Origin: a virus
Taxonomy: Duplodnaviria > Caudoviricetes
Length of the DNA stretch: 55,760 bases
Direction: 5' to 3' (one strand)
Virus record (IMG/VR): IMGVR_UViG_3300048538_000042
Coordinates: 1 to 55,760 of that record
Part shown: piece after piece, positions 15,120 through 25,492 of the stretch
How the letters are laid out: every line of letters starts with the position of its first letter
Numbering within the stretch: position 1 is the stretch's first letter
The notes under the pieces: model-generated
Database searches by the model: none
What the model was told of the DNA's origin: nothing
The model's input: the letters and a program-made list of their open reading frames with translations, nothing else
Translations under genes and position numbers: made by a program

Positions 15120-16646
15120 ATGTCACAATCTAAAAAGCTGCTTGCCGCGTTTGCCGGAGCCAAGAATGCTCATGGTACAACGACTGTTGGACGAATTGGC
15201 AGGAACGGCAAAGCAGACAGCAAAAGCAAGATTATACGAGAGCCATTGACCGAGGCGCTAGTACAGGCGCACATTGATGGCAAGCAGGGGGTCGGGGCTA
15301 TCCCGATCAACGAAGAAAACAAGTGTAGGTTTGGAGCGATTGACGTTGATGTCTACGATCTGAACCAGAAGGAATTGCAAGACAAGATCCAGAAGCTCCA
15401 GCTTCCGCTGTTGCACTGTCGATCTAAGTCTGGTGGGGCGCATCTGTATTTGTTTCTCAAGGAGTGGGAGCAAGCAGCCGTGGTCCGCGAATACTTGACC
15501 GAGATGTCGATCATGCTGGGTCACAGTGGGGTAGAGATATTCCCAAAGCAAGACACGATTATCGTTGAGCGCGGGGATGTGGGGAACTTTATTAACATGC
15601 CATACTTCGATGCGGAGATGCCCCAGCGGTATTGCTTCGATGAGAAGGGCGAGTCCATGGAGCTTGATGAGTTTCTGGATGCTATCGACAAGAAGAGTGT
15701 GCTGCTATCGGATCTGGAGGCTATTCGCAGCACGACGCAGACGCGCAAGCATTTTGATGATGGGCCTCCGTGTATTCGAAACATCTTTTCGGATGGGCCG
15801 CAGAGTGAGCCGCGCAACAAGCTGCTCTTTTTTATGGGCGTATATTGCAAGAAGAAGTTTCCGGACAGTTGGCAGAATGCGCTGGAGGAGTATAACCGGA
15901 CGTTGTTTTCTCCTCCGCTGCCATCGACGGAAGTCATGACGGTAATCAAGCAGCACGAGAAGAAAGACTGGGGCTACACCTGTAAGGAAGAACCGTTCAA
16001 GTCGTACTGTGATCCATCGTTATGCGTGTTGGCAAAGCACGGGATTAGCGACGATGCTCCGGATGCACCACAGGTGGGTGGTCTAACGATTATGCTATCT
16101 GAGCCGCGCTTATACTTCATGGATGTAAACGGGCTGCGGATTCAGTTGAGCACCGAGCAGCTACAGAACCAGACGCTTTGGCAGCGGGCTTGTATGGAGC
16201 AGTGTAACTTCATGCCTCCGACTACCAAGGCCAACAAGTGGCAGCAGATGGTCAACAGCTTGATGAGCCAAGCAACATACATCGATGTGCCGGAAGAGGA
16301 AACGTATGCGGGGCAGTTCAAGAACCATTTGGCTTCTTACTGCACGAGCCACATACGGGCGATGGCACCGGAAGAGATCGAGATGAACAAGCCGTGGACC
16401 GATGACGGTGTAACGAAGTTTAAGATCGAGGGGCTGTTGGAATACCTGCATCATCGCAGATTCACTGCGCTGGGCCGAGCCCAGATCATTCAGATGATCA
16501 GGGACATGGGCGGCGATAGTGGCAGTCAGAATATTGTAAAGCGAGGTGGGAAGAGAACCAAGATACGTTGTTGGTGGGTTCCTGCATTTGAAGATGACGA
16601 GGTAGAATTACCCGTACAGGAGATAAGTAATGAAATCCCATTCTAA
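15120..16646 (+). CDS. Archaeo-eukaryotic-type primase with PriCT-like domain
   Basis: AIDVD motif I, RSKSGGAHLYLF motif II, RNKLLF...PPL..EV PriCT-like region with a Cys cluster. Confidence 0.8.
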   Translation: MSQSKKLLAAFAGAKNAHGTTTVGRIGRNGKADSKSKIIREPLTEALVQAHIDGKQGVGAIPINEENKCRFGAIDVDVYDLNQKELQDKIQKLQLPLLHCRSKSGGAHLYLFLKEWEQAAVVREYLTEMSIMLGHSGVEIFPKQDTIIVERGDVGNFINMPYFDAEMPQRYCFDEKGESMELDEFLDAIDKKSVLLSDLEAIRSTTQTRKHFDDGPPCIRNIFSDGPQSEPRNKLLFFMGVYCKKKFPDSWQNALEEYNRTLFSPPLPSTEVMTVIKQHEKKDWGYTCKEEPFKSYCDPSLCVLAKHGISDDAPDAPQVGGLTIMLSEPRLYFMDVNGLRIQLSTEQLQNQTLWQRACMEQCNFMPPTTKANKWQQMVNSLMSQATYIDVPEEETYAGQFKNHLASYCTSHIRAMAPEEIEMNKPWTDDGVTKFKIEGLLEYLHHRRFTALGRAQIIQMIRDMGGDSGSQNIVKRGGKRTKIRCWWVPAFEDDEVELPVQEISNEIPF

Positions 16647-16851
16647 TAAATTGCTACGGGTCGGAGAGGTTGCCGATCTGTTGGGAGTATCACGGTCTTA
16701 CGTCTACAAGCTGGCACAGATGACGGAGGACTTTCCGAAACCCATTGTTCTTGGGTCCGATGACAATCGACGCTCGGCTTCGCGCTGGGTTCTGTCGGAG
16801 ATCGAGGACTGGGTAAACAGCAGACCAAGAGGAAAAGAATATGATACCTAA
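16630..16851 (+). CDS. AlpA/excisionase-like HTH protein
   Basis: LLRVGEVADLLGVSRSYVYKL...FPKPI...RWVLSEIEDW. Confidence 0.85.
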   Translation: MKSHSNKLLRVGEVADLLGVSRSYVYKLAQMTEDFPKPIVLGSDDNRRSASRWVLSEIEDWVNSRPRGKEYDT

Positions 16852-18370
16852 AGCGGAACTTGTTCTAGGCCCACCAGGCACTGGTAAGACATACTACCTC
16901 ATTCAGCAGATTAAACAGGCGTTGGAGAACGGAGCGCATCCATCTCGACTTGGGGTTATTTCATTCACTCGCAAGGCCATTGAAGAGATGGTGATGAGAG
17001 CCTGTGCAGAATTTAATCTGGAAGCCAAAGACTTTCCCCATATGCGGACGAGCCATTCGTTTGGGTTTCGGGGGCTTGGCCTACAGACACAAGACATCAT
17101 GAACAAAGAGGACTACGACAACATCGGTCGAGACATCGGACTGACCTTCGAGGGAAAGATTCGGACAAACCTAGAGGACGGGTTGTCGATGCCCACGCTT
17201 GGAGGATCGGGGTCCAAGTACCTACAGCTAGAGAACCGCGCTCGGTTGCGGATGATTGATCTGGATACAGAGTTCAATCTGGAGGGTGACAGAGACTTGT
17301 TCTTTCCCAAGCTGGAGCAGTTATCCAAGCAGCTTATTGAGTACAAGGCTGCAACCAACAAGTACGATTATGTGGATATGATCGAGAAGTACATCACGCT
17401 GGGGATTCCACCGAACCTTGATTATTTGTTTATCGACGAGGCACAAGACTTCACGCCATTGCAGTGGCGCATGGCCGAGAAGATAGCGGAGAAGTCGGAG
17501 AAGGTTTATATCGCTGGCGATGACGATCAGGCCATTCACAGATGGACAGGCGTGGATGTTAAGCTGTTTAACAAAAGCTCGCCCAACGTGAAAGTCTTGG
17601 AGCAGAGTTACCGCATTCCAAGGGCCGTGCATCAAGTGGCAAGCACAATCGCTCAACGGATCGATGATCGGCACGTTAAGCAGTTCGATGCTCGGGACGA
17701 GGAGGGCACCGTTGAGTACGTTTACCATCTGGAAGACATCCCGTTGCACGAGGGATCGTGGACAATCATGGCTCGGATCAATGGGTACGTCTATGATCTG
17801 GCGAAGCGCATTCGAGCAGCGGGGTTTAAGTATTCGATTAAGGGTAAGCCCAGCATCCCACTTGAACTGGTGGGGAATCTAGGAACGTGGAACGATCTAT
17901 GTGCTGGCAAAAGCGTGGGGCTGCAGCGCATTATGGATCTCTACTCGGCGGTCCCCAAGCAGGGCAAGAATGCTGTGGTGCGTCGAGGCAGTCAGCAAAT
18001 GCTTGAGCTTCTGCCTCCGGAGGCAGAGTTGGATATGGAAATACTACAGCTACAGTACGGGTTGTTGGCTGGTGCGGAGCAGAGCGCCTATGAGGTGATG
18101 CGCGTGGGCAAAGATGATCAGGATTATATTGACGCCATGTCACGAAGAGGCGATGATTTAATGTCCGAGCCTCGCATCAAGCTGTCCACATTCCATGCAA
18201 TGAAAGGCGGGGAGGATGACAACTGCGTTGTGTACACGATGTCGACCGCGGCGTGTGTAAACAGCGATCATCCCGACGATGAGCATCGAGCGTTTTACGT
18301 TGGCGTAACCCGAGCGCGTCACACGTTATACATTCTTCAGAGCAACAATAAGTATAGGTACACGATATGA
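16841..18370 (+). CDS. UvrD/Rep-family (superfamily 1) helicase
   Basis: GPPGTGKT, IDEAQD, GDDDQAI, QSYR, STFHAMKGGE, YVGVTRA. Confidence 0.95.
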   Translation: MIPKAELVLGPPGTGKTYYLIQQIKQALENGAHPSRLGVISFTRKAIEEMVMRACAEFNLEAKDFPHMRTSHSFGFRGLGLQTQDIMNKEDYDNIGRDIGLTFEGKIRTNLEDGLSMPTLGGSGSKYLQLENRARLRMIDLDTEFNLEGDRDLFFPKLEQLSKQLIEYKAATNKYDYVDMIEKYITLGIPPNLDYLFIDEAQDFTPLQWRMAEKIAEKSEKVYIAGDDDQAIHRWTGVDVKLFNKSSPNVKVLEQSYRIPRAVHQVASTIAQRIDDRHVKQFDARDEEGTVEYVYHLEDIPLHEGSWTIMARINGYVYDLAKRIRAAGFKYSIKGKPSIPLELVGNLGTWNDLCAGKSVGLQRIMDLYSAVPKQGKNAVVRRGSQQMLELLPPEAELDMEILQLQYGLLAGAEQSAYEVMRVGKDDQDYIDAMSRRGDDLMSEPRIKLSTFHAMKGGEDDNCVVYTMSTAACVNSDHPDDEHRAFYVGVTRARHTLYILQSNNKYRYTI

Positions 18371-18726
18371 AACGAGATGAAGTGTTGGACACAGCCAAAG
18401 AACTGATCAACGGTCAGAGGGCCGCGGACTACGGTGATGCATACGATAACCATGGCCGGATTGCGGAGGGGTGGAACATTATTATTGGCGGCGCATTAAA
18501 GAGCCACGGTCATGTAACTCCTGCGCATGTTGCGCTGATGATGGATTGGGTAAAGAGTGCGCGTTTGGTTGAGAACATCGACCACGAGGATTCGTGGGTT
18601 GATAAGGCTGGTTACAGTGCATTGGGATCGGAGCACATAGACAGGGATAAGAAAGCCGTGCCGTCTATTTTATTACCTCGACACAAAGAAATCATCCAAA
18701 GGATGCGTGAAAAGAATGCAAAGTAA
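18367..18726 (+). CDS. DUF6378-type protein
   Basis: NGQRAADYG...VALMM..VK.AR...DSWVDKAGY. Confidence 0.8.
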   Translation: MKRDEVLDTAKELINGQRAADYGDAYDNHGRIAEGWNIIIGGALKSHGHVTPAHVALMMDWVKSARLVENIDHEDSWVDKAGYSALGSEHIDRDKKAVPSILLPRHKEIIQRMREKNAK

Positions 18727-20650
18727 TTTATTTGGCAGTGCGCTGCATCACCAGATTAAAAACGAGTTGGATCTGATCGACGCTGACTGGAACATTCCAC
18801 CGGAGTATCCCGATCTTACGGGCTACAAAGAAGTGGCAGTGGATCTGGAAACCTATGATCCCAACATTAAAACCTTGGGTCCAGGATGGGCTCGCAAAGA
18901 CGGGCATATCATAGGGATTGCTGTGGCAGCGGGGGAGTATAAAGGCTACTTCCCGATCCGCCATGAAAACTCCCACAACCTTGACCCAAAGTTTACGCTG
19001 CGCTGGCTCAAGAAGCAGATGTCGGTGCCTGATATGAATGTGATCATGCACAACGCGACCTACGATGCGGGATGGATGAGGGCCGAGGGCATAGAAATCA
19101 AGGGTCGGATTATCGACACGATGATTACTGGCGCACTGGTCAACGAGAACCGCTGGTCCTTTGGCCTCGATGCTATGGCCCGAGACTTTGTTTCGCTGCG
19201 CAAGAACGAGAAGCTGCTGCAAGCTGCCGCCAAGGAGTGGGGCGTGGATCCCAAGGCAGAGATGTACAAGCTGCCGCCTAAGTATGTAGGAGCTTACGCA
19301 GAGCAAGATGCGGTGGCTACGCTTAAACTGTGGCAGGCTCTCAAGATCGAGCTAGAGGATCAGGAACTCTGGCATATCTGGGACATAGAGAACGGGTTGA
19401 TCCCCTGCATGTTGGACATGCGGACCCAAGGGGTGCGGGTGGATCTCGACAAGGCAGAGCGGAACAAGAAGTTTATTCGAAAACAATCCAAGCTGATTCG
19501 CGGACAGATTGAAAAAGAAGCTGGGATGGAGGTGGATATCTGGGCCTCTGCATCCATAGCTAAAATGTTCGACAAGCTCGACATGGAATACCCAAGAACC
19601 CAGATCAAAGAAGACGAGGAAACAGGGAAGGTAACGGGTGGATCTCCGTCGTTTACCAAAGCGTGGCTGAACAACCACCCCGCAGAAATCTGCCAGCAGT
19701 TGGTCAAGCTGCGTGAGTTCGACAAGGCGGACGCCACGTTTATCGACAGCATCCTGCGGCACGAGCACAACGGTCGCATCCATACTGAACTGCACTCCAC
19801 CCGTAGGGATGAGGGCGGTACGGTAACGGGTCGGTTCTCTTCCTCAAACCCCAACCTACAGCAAATCCCGGCGCGGGATCCCGATATTAAGAAGATGATC
19901 CGCGGATTGTTTATTCCAGAGGAGGGCATGAAGTGGGGATCGTTTGACTATTCGAGCCAAGAACCGAGGCTCTTGGTGCATTTTGCGGCGAGCGTACCGT
20001 CTGCGTTGCGTAGTCATGTGGTTGATAACGTAGTGGATGAGTTCAATAGTGGCGATGTGGATCTGCACCAGATGGTTGCGGATCTTGCAAGCATTACGCG
20101 TAAGCAAGCCAAGACGGTTAACCTTGGGATTATGTACGGTATGGGCGTAGCCAAGCTGGCAGATCAGCTTGGCATTCCCTCAGAGGATGCCAAGGATTTA
20201 ATCAAGCGGCACCGCAGCAAGGTTCCGTTTGTTAAGCAGCTTGCGGACATGGCTACCAAACAGGCGGACAGTAACGGTCAGATACGCACTCTGCTGGGCC
20301 GTAAGTGCAGGTTTCACCTGTGGGAGCCCGTCACCTTCGGAACAGGCAAACCCCTGCCTCACGAGGAAGCTCTGAAGGAGTACGGTAAAAACATCAAGAG
20401 GGCCTTCACATACAAGGCGCTGAACCGCCTGATCCAAGGATCAGCGGCGGACCAAACCAAGAAAGCTATGCTTGATTGTTACAACGAGGGACTTACTCCT
20501 ATGCTCACGGTTCATGATGAGCTATGCTTTAACATAGAGAGCCAAGAGCAAACGGCTAGGATTAAGGAGATCATGGAGACAGGCGTTCCGCTCAAAGTCC
20601 CTTCGAAGATTGACGTAGACATAAAGGATGATTGGGGAGAGATCGAATGA
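18716..20650 (+). CDS. polA: Family A DNA polymerase with 3'-5' exonuclease
   Basis: DLET, HNATYD, YAEQD exonuclease motifs; TGRFSSSNPNLQQIP, DYSSQEPR, KTVNLGIMYGMG, VHDE. Confidence 0.97.
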   Translation: MQSNLFGSALHHQIKNELDLIDADWNIPPEYPDLTGYKEVAVDLETYDPNIKTLGPGWARKDGHIIGIAVAAGEYKGYFPIRHENSHNLDPKFTLRWLKKQMSVPDMNVIMHNATYDAGWMRAEGIEIKGRIIDTMITGALVNENRWSFGLDAMARDFVSLRKNEKLLQAAAKEWGVDPKAEMYKLPPKYVGAYAEQDAVATLKLWQALKIELEDQELWHIWDIENGLIPCMLDMRTQGVRVDLDKAERNKKFIRKQSKLIRGQIEKEAGMEVDIWASASIAKMFDKLDMEYPRTQIKEDEETGKVTGGSPSFTKAWLNNHPAEICQQLVKLREFDKADATFIDSILRHEHNGRIHTELHSTRRDEGGTVTGRFSSSNPNLQQIPARDPDIKKMIRGLFIPEEGMKWGSFDYSSQEPRLLVHFAASVPSALRSHVVDNVVDEFNSGDVDLHQMVADLASITRKQAKTVNLGIMYGMGVAKLADQLGIPSEDAKDLIKRHRSKVPFVKQLADMATKQADSNGQIRTLLGRKCRFHLWEPVTFGTGKPLPHEEALKEYGKNIKRAFTYKALNRLIQGSAADQTKKAMLDCYNEGLTPMLTVHDELCFNIESQEQTARIKEIMETGVPLKVPSKIDVDIKDDWGEIE

Positions 20651-20889
20651 AACTTGAGGACATTAAAACGGTTGGTCTGAAAGACATGCATCCCATGCAG
20701 GTCCGTCTCCTGATGGAAATGCTGGGCATGACCTTGAACCTTGCTGCTATGACCAGAGACGCGGACATACTTGAGGAAACAGAAGCGTGTTGCGACGAGT
20801 TGATTAAGCTGTTTGGCGGGGTGGGTGTTTCGATGTCCATCGAGATTGACCCAGGCCCTACTCACGGCGGCTCGCAATCTATGCATTAG
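20647..20889 (+). CDS. Hypothetical protein
   Basis: GGGGAG RBS, ATGA overlap with polA. Confidence 0.75.
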   Translation: MKLEDIKTVGLKDMHPMQVRLLMEMLGMTLNLAAMTRDADILEETEACCDELIKLFGGVGVSMSIEIDPGPTHGGSQSMH

Positions 20890-20899
20890 CCGCCGCTTG

Positions 20900-23800
20900 T
20901 TACTGAGATCTACCTAGAGACTTAGCCAGTGCCTGGGTTGCCGGATCATTGCCAAGGATTGCGGGGTCCACTCGACCCTGCGGAGTTGAAATGGGCGGGG
21001 CCGGAGGGGTCACAGGAGCTTGGTTGAACATGTCCGGTGTTAACCCTTCAAGGGGGTTAGGGGCTTGGTTGAACATGTCCGGTGTTAACCCTTCAAGGGG
21101 GTTAGTTCCAACTAAGGCGTCTCGCATTCGAGACGGCACAAACGTACCTTCTGCTTTGCGCTTGCTTATTGTTGCCAAAGGAGAATCGATAGCTTCGCGG
21201 ACCATAAGGAACATCTCATCATACGGAAGATCCGAAATAGATTGAAAGTCGTTTTCTTTCCTGCGTCTCTCAATAGAGTTTACTAAATCTTCCGATAGAG
21301 GTTTAACATACAAACGACCACGGGCTATTTGGTTGGCCTCCGCAGAGGACATGTTAGCGTCTTCCACTAACGCTCGAATAATATCTCGTGTAGATGCTCC
21401 AAGGATTCGAGCATTTTCAATGTTAACATAAAGCTCGTTTTGTTGTGCTCGATAGGCTTCAATAAGATCAGCAAACTCTTGAGTCTTTTGTTCGCGAGTA
21501 GTATCCCCGGCTCTTACAATTCTCTTTACCGCAGAAAGAGAAGCGTTTCGTCCGTCAGCATATTTTATTGCATCGAACTTAATTGCGTCCGTTGCGGTGT
21601 GAGTCATCGGTGTAAGTCCGGTAAGCATACGAGCAAACTCTGCTTCAGGAAGGCTAAACCTTCCGCTGGCACTAGGCTCCCCAGTTAACGCTTTAAGCGT
21701 TTTTCCTTTTTTTAACTCTCCGCCTTTTTCTTCGTAAAACTCCAACCAATAACGTGGGATCATACCTTCCGCTAGGTGTAAGAAGATTTTGGAACCACGA
21801 TCTCCAAGTAACTTTTCGTCTGTGCGATTCTTATCGTAGACATACGACCCTGTTTTTGTTCTTCCTTCCCGCAGCGTGACATCCAAGATCCGTTCCGTCA
21901 TCATTGTTTCACTTGCGAAAGGTTCTGCCATTTTAGTAATAAAAGTTGCTAAAGACCCTTCTAGTAGTTTTTGAGCTTCACCTTGGTCAAGTTCCCCACG
22001 CTCAGTATAACTTTGCAATGCTGCTCGAACAGCAGAGCGGATGTAACCCCATGGGTTGTGATAACTTGTGTCCACAAAAGTAATGTTCCCCTTATGATCA
22101 TTATCTATAATCATAAGGTCCCCGCCCTTCATGTAAGGTTGAACAGAGGATTCTAAGGCGTCTAACTCTTCCTGAGTTGTGCCTGTTAGTTTCATAGACA
22201 GTCGTGTTAATTGCTGCGGAACAGTGTTAACAACAACCATCGTGTTCACTAAACGCTGAGATCCATTGGATTGAACAGCCTTTTCGAACTCTGAAACTGC
22301 GCGTAAAACTTCGTCTTTTGGAATGCCTTTTGTTGCCTCTTGCGCGATAAGCGCATCGACTTTCCCGAGAGGAACCTTGAAAGAAACCTCTCGCATACCA
22401 AGGTCTGCGATATTAAATATGTTACGAATGTTTTCAGAAGCAAACGACGTAAAGTTGCCAACAACTGGAATACGGTCCACAAAACGCAACGCTTGTGGAA
22501 TCATGTTGTACATGGGCATTGTTTTTTTTACGAGGTTCGCAGCGCCCTCTTCTAATACACTTAAATCCTCAAGGGTTCGTGTGCTTCTAGCGAAGATACC
22601 AGCGTCCTGAAGAGATCCCAATAGAAGTGGATTATCTTCTCTAAATCCGGACTTGGCAAAGGCTTTAGAATACTTGTTGTACTCGCCATTAAACGCAAGA
22701 AGTTTAAAGAACGCGTCTTGCCCTCCGTATAGTTTGTCGAAAGTCTTCATAAAAGGAATGAAATCTTCAGCCCGATCCAACGCTTTACCAACCGCTTGAC
22801 CTTTGGAAGTCTCTCTACCAAATTGTTGGTATTCTTTTAGAGTTTTGTAAACAGCGTTGCTGTCCATTAAACCGGATTGATTAGCTATTTTAGCTAAACG
22901 ACGAAGACCATCATCATCTACATTAACGAGCGACTGTGTGAGTAGATAAAAATTATCGATAAGATTCGTTCCACGATGCGTGTTTCCGTTGGAAACAAGC
23001 ATTGACATGTTGCCTAGTAAGTTTCGGATCTGCCCAGGTAAACTTGGAACGATAGTCATACGTTGAGAAAAAGATCTGATTTGCTGCATTATCGCCGCCA
23101 AGTCATTGAGAGGCGATAAATTCAGAGCCTGTTTCATCGCTCTGTACATTTCAGGAGTAACATACGCATTTTGAAGACGACCAAACTGTCCGCCAAAAAT
23201 AGTGCTAAAACCTTCCGCCTCATCTTTGGCGAGTCCCGCCAAAGGGACATAGTTGCGCTGCTCAAGAACCGTCACAGCATCTTCCATAAACTTCAATTCA
23301 TCAGGAATATTGTTCGTCCCAAGACGATCTCGAATCTCTAATAGAGCAGCCCGTGTTGGGTCGTTTGCATCAAGAGCCTCCTGAACTGTTCGTGTATCAT
23401 TACCGAGTGTTACCATTAGTTTATTACGAGCACTGATGTCTTCCGGAGAGGGCATCATAACAATGTGAGGTCGGCTTCCGTTTTGGATTAAGTCGAGGGC
23501 TCTTGTAAGTCGAGGGGCAATTCCTTGATCTACAGCAAGTTTCCCATAGAACTCATTAGCCGCCCACGACTCAGACAAATCACTCATTGTCCGAGTATAC
23601 ATTTCTTCTGGATCAGTTATTTCTCCTAAGAACTCGCGCAAAGAGTCGCTTTCTTCCAGTATAGGTTTTCTTGAAATCAAGAAGTCTTCTTTAATGGACA
23701 GCTTGGGGGTATCGGCTGTAAGAAAACCTCTTTTTGTCCGGCCTTCTTTTATAGATTCTATGGCATCTTTAAGAACTTTTCCTACGTCTACCCCTGGAGT

Positions 23801-25483
23801 GTTTAAAGCACTTAGTCCCGCGGTGTTGTTTACAAGTTCTTGTGCCTGTTTGCGAATAACTTCAGGAGCTAACCCGCGAGTTTCATCTAATGTTCCAAGA
23901 ACGTTTGAAACTTCTTTAATCGCCTTATTGTAAAGGGGATGATTTAATGTAAACCCTTCTTTCTCAAGTCGGTTTAAAAAGGCTACAGGGTTTTCTTTCG
24001 CTTCAAAAACTCGACGTAAGTACCCTATCCCAGCCTCATCCGATTGACGTATAATTTCAAGGGCTTCTTCAGCCTTACGTCTTTTATCCGATCCCACAGG
24101 AGCGCGTTCTATTTCCAACTCTAATTGCGCGACGTTCCTGTCTATTAAATTCTGTTTAGCGTCCACCATTTTTTGAGCAGCTTTTTCTGCTTTCGCACCA
24201 TATGCTGAAGTAAACTCTTCTGGAGTAGTAAAACCCCGTAACCGTTTTTCAAGATCATTTCGTAAGGCAGTCGCTCCAGGGCGGCTACGTTTTAAAAATC
24301 TAGTAGCTTTTAAAACACTGCCTGTGGCTTCATGAAACTCGTCCATTGCTTGTATACCAGGGCGAACTAAAGAATCCTTCATATCAATAGTGTCTCTAAG
24401 CATTTGTGAGACAAAGGGATCTGCGCCTCCGTCCGGAGTAAACCATGTAACAAGTTTCTTTTTTGCAGCAGGAGCTAAAGGCTTTACCTTGGTACTAAGA
24501 GCTTTTCCAAATGAAGAGCCCATTAGATCCTGAACAACCGCGTTCTGTGCGACTTGAGTTCCTGCGTATTCGGCACTGTCTTTTACAAAGTCTGCTGTTT
24601 TTTTAGCTGTAGTGACCCCGCCACGAACTACGCCTCTTACGGGAGCCGTTCGTGCTACAGTACCAGCACCATATAATCCCAAGTCTACCCCAACGGATAA
24701 AAGAGCTTGTTCTGATGCTTTCTTTAATCGGTTTTTAAAAAAACGTTCCGCGTTGTCTCTACCCGTCAGACCAGTGTCCTCTTCCGTATATAACCAATCT
24801 AAAGGGATGGCCGCGTCCGTAAAAGGTAGAGGTATTTCTTCTATAGTGGTTGAAAGTGTAGGACGACCGTCAGGACTAAACATGAAAGTGCCAACACCTG
24901 TGGCTGCGGTAACAGGTAGACTTGAGGCAGCAAGCTGTGAGAACCGAGAAGCATTGTTTGCCGTTAAGGCTCTTCCTGTTTTTGATTTGCCATACGACTG
25001 TGCGGCACGACCAAACAAAGATTTAGCAGGTTCGACTGCTTTCCCTGCATTTGCCAATCGAGAAGCCTGACTAGCGGTTCGTAAAAAACTTACCGCAGGA
25101 ATTAACGCCGCACCTATTTCTCCTCCAACTTCCGTAACTTGACCAACAGTGTACTTAGGTTCATAGGGTTTTCCAGCGCGTTCCATAAAAGCTGAAACAT
25201 CGTTTAATGTGTCTGTATCAAAAATCGTGTCAAGAACACCCGCGCCTAGTTCCGTTATACCAGTGGCAATATTCCAAGGAACAGATACCGCAGCGCGTCC
25301 AACGTCCGCTATTTTATCAACCCCGGTTAAGACATTGTCAGCTATTCGTGAGACACGAGATTCTTTATTGGACGCATTGAACATTTCAGGAGTAAGACCT
25401 TCAAGCGGATTAGCCGAAGGTTCAACCGGAGTTTGATTGAACATTTCAGGAGTAAGACCTTCAAGCGGATCAGAGTCAGCCAT
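20900..25483 (-). CDS. Large internal virion / DNA-ejection protein (1527 aa)
   Basis: Size, helical composition and position at the end of the podovirus structural arm. Confidence 0.7.
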   Translation of the reverse strand: MADSDPLEGLTPEMFNQTPVEPSANPLEGLTPEMFNASNKESRVSRIADNVLTGVDKIADVGRAAVSVPWNIATGITELGAGVLDTIFDTDTLNDVSAFMERAGKPYEPKYTVGQVTEVGGEIGAALIPAVSFLRTASQASRLANAGKAVEPAKSLFGRAAQSYGKSKTGRALTANNASRFSQLAASSLPVTAATGVGTFMFSPDGRPTLSTTIEEIPLPFTDAAIPLDWLYTEEDTGLTGRDNAERFFKNRLKKASEQALLSVGVDLGLYGAGTVARTAPVRGVVRGGVTTAKKTADFVKDSAEYAGTQVAQNAVVQDLMGSSFGKALSTKVKPLAPAAKKKLVTWFTPDGGADPFVSQMLRDTIDMKDSLVRPGIQAMDEFHEATGSVLKATRFLKRSRPGATALRNDLEKRLRGFTTPEEFTSAYGAKAEKAAQKMVDAKQNLIDRNVAQLELEIERAPVGSDKRRKAEEALEIIRQSDEAGIGYLRRVFEAKENPVAFLNRLEKEGFTLNHPLYNKAIKEVSNVLGTLDETRGLAPEVIRKQAQELVNNTAGLSALNTPGVDVGKVLKDAIESIKEGRTKRGFLTADTPKLSIKEDFLISRKPILEESDSLREFLGEITDPEEMYTRTMSDLSESWAANEFYGKLAVDQGIAPRLTRALDLIQNGSRPHIVMMPSPEDISARNKLMVTLGNDTRTVQEALDANDPTRAALLEIRDRLGTNNIPDELKFMEDAVTVLEQRNYVPLAGLAKDEAEGFSTIFGGQFGRLQNAYVTPEMYRAMKQALNLSPLNDLAAIMQQIRSFSQRMTIVPSLPGQIRNLLGNMSMLVSNGNTHRGTNLIDNFYLLTQSLVNVDDDGLRRLAKIANQSGLMDSNAVYKTLKEYQQFGRETSKGQAVGKALDRAEDFIPFMKTFDKLYGGQDAFFKLLAFNGEYNKYSKAFAKSGFREDNPLLLGSLQDAGIFARSTRTLEDLSVLEEGAANLVKKTMPMYNMIPQALRFVDRIPVVGNFTSFASENIRNIFNIADLGMREVSFKVPLGKVDALIAQEATKGIPKDEVLRAVSEFEKAVQSNGSQRLVNTMVVVNTVPQQLTRLSMKLTGTTQEELDALESSVQPYMKGGDLMIIDNDHKGNITFVDTSYHNPWGYIRSAVRAALQSYTERGELDQGEAQKLLEGSLATFITKMAEPFASETMMTERILDVTLREGRTKTGSYVYDKNRTDEKLLGDRGSKIFLHLAEGMIPRYWLEFYEEKGGELKKGKTLKALTGEPSASGRFSLPEAEFARMLTGLTPMTHTATDAIKFDAIKYADGRNASLSAVKRIVRAGDTTREQKTQEFADLIEAYRAQQNELYVNIENARILGASTRDIIRALVEDANMSSAEANQIARGRLYVKPLSEDLVNSIERRRKENDFQSISDLPYDEMFLMVREAIDSPLATISKRKAEGTFVPSRMRDALVGTNPLEGLTPDMFNQAPNPLEGLTPDMFNQAPVTPPAPPISTPQGRVDPAILGNDPATQALAKSLGRSQ
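21018..21105 (-). repeat. 43-bp repeat x2 encoding NPLEGLTPDMFNQA (C-terminus)
   Basis: 21018-21060 and 21063-21105. Confidence 0.9.
25376..25470 (-). repeat. 35-bp repeat x2 encoding PLEGLTPEMFN (N-terminus)
   Basis: 25376-25410 and 25436-25470. Confidence 0.9.
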
Positions 25484-25492
25484 GGTGTTCTC

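Noticed and set aside
16630-16851. AlpA/Xis-like gene as proof of an integrating prophage
   Set aside because: No integrase, att-like site or host genes seen in the window
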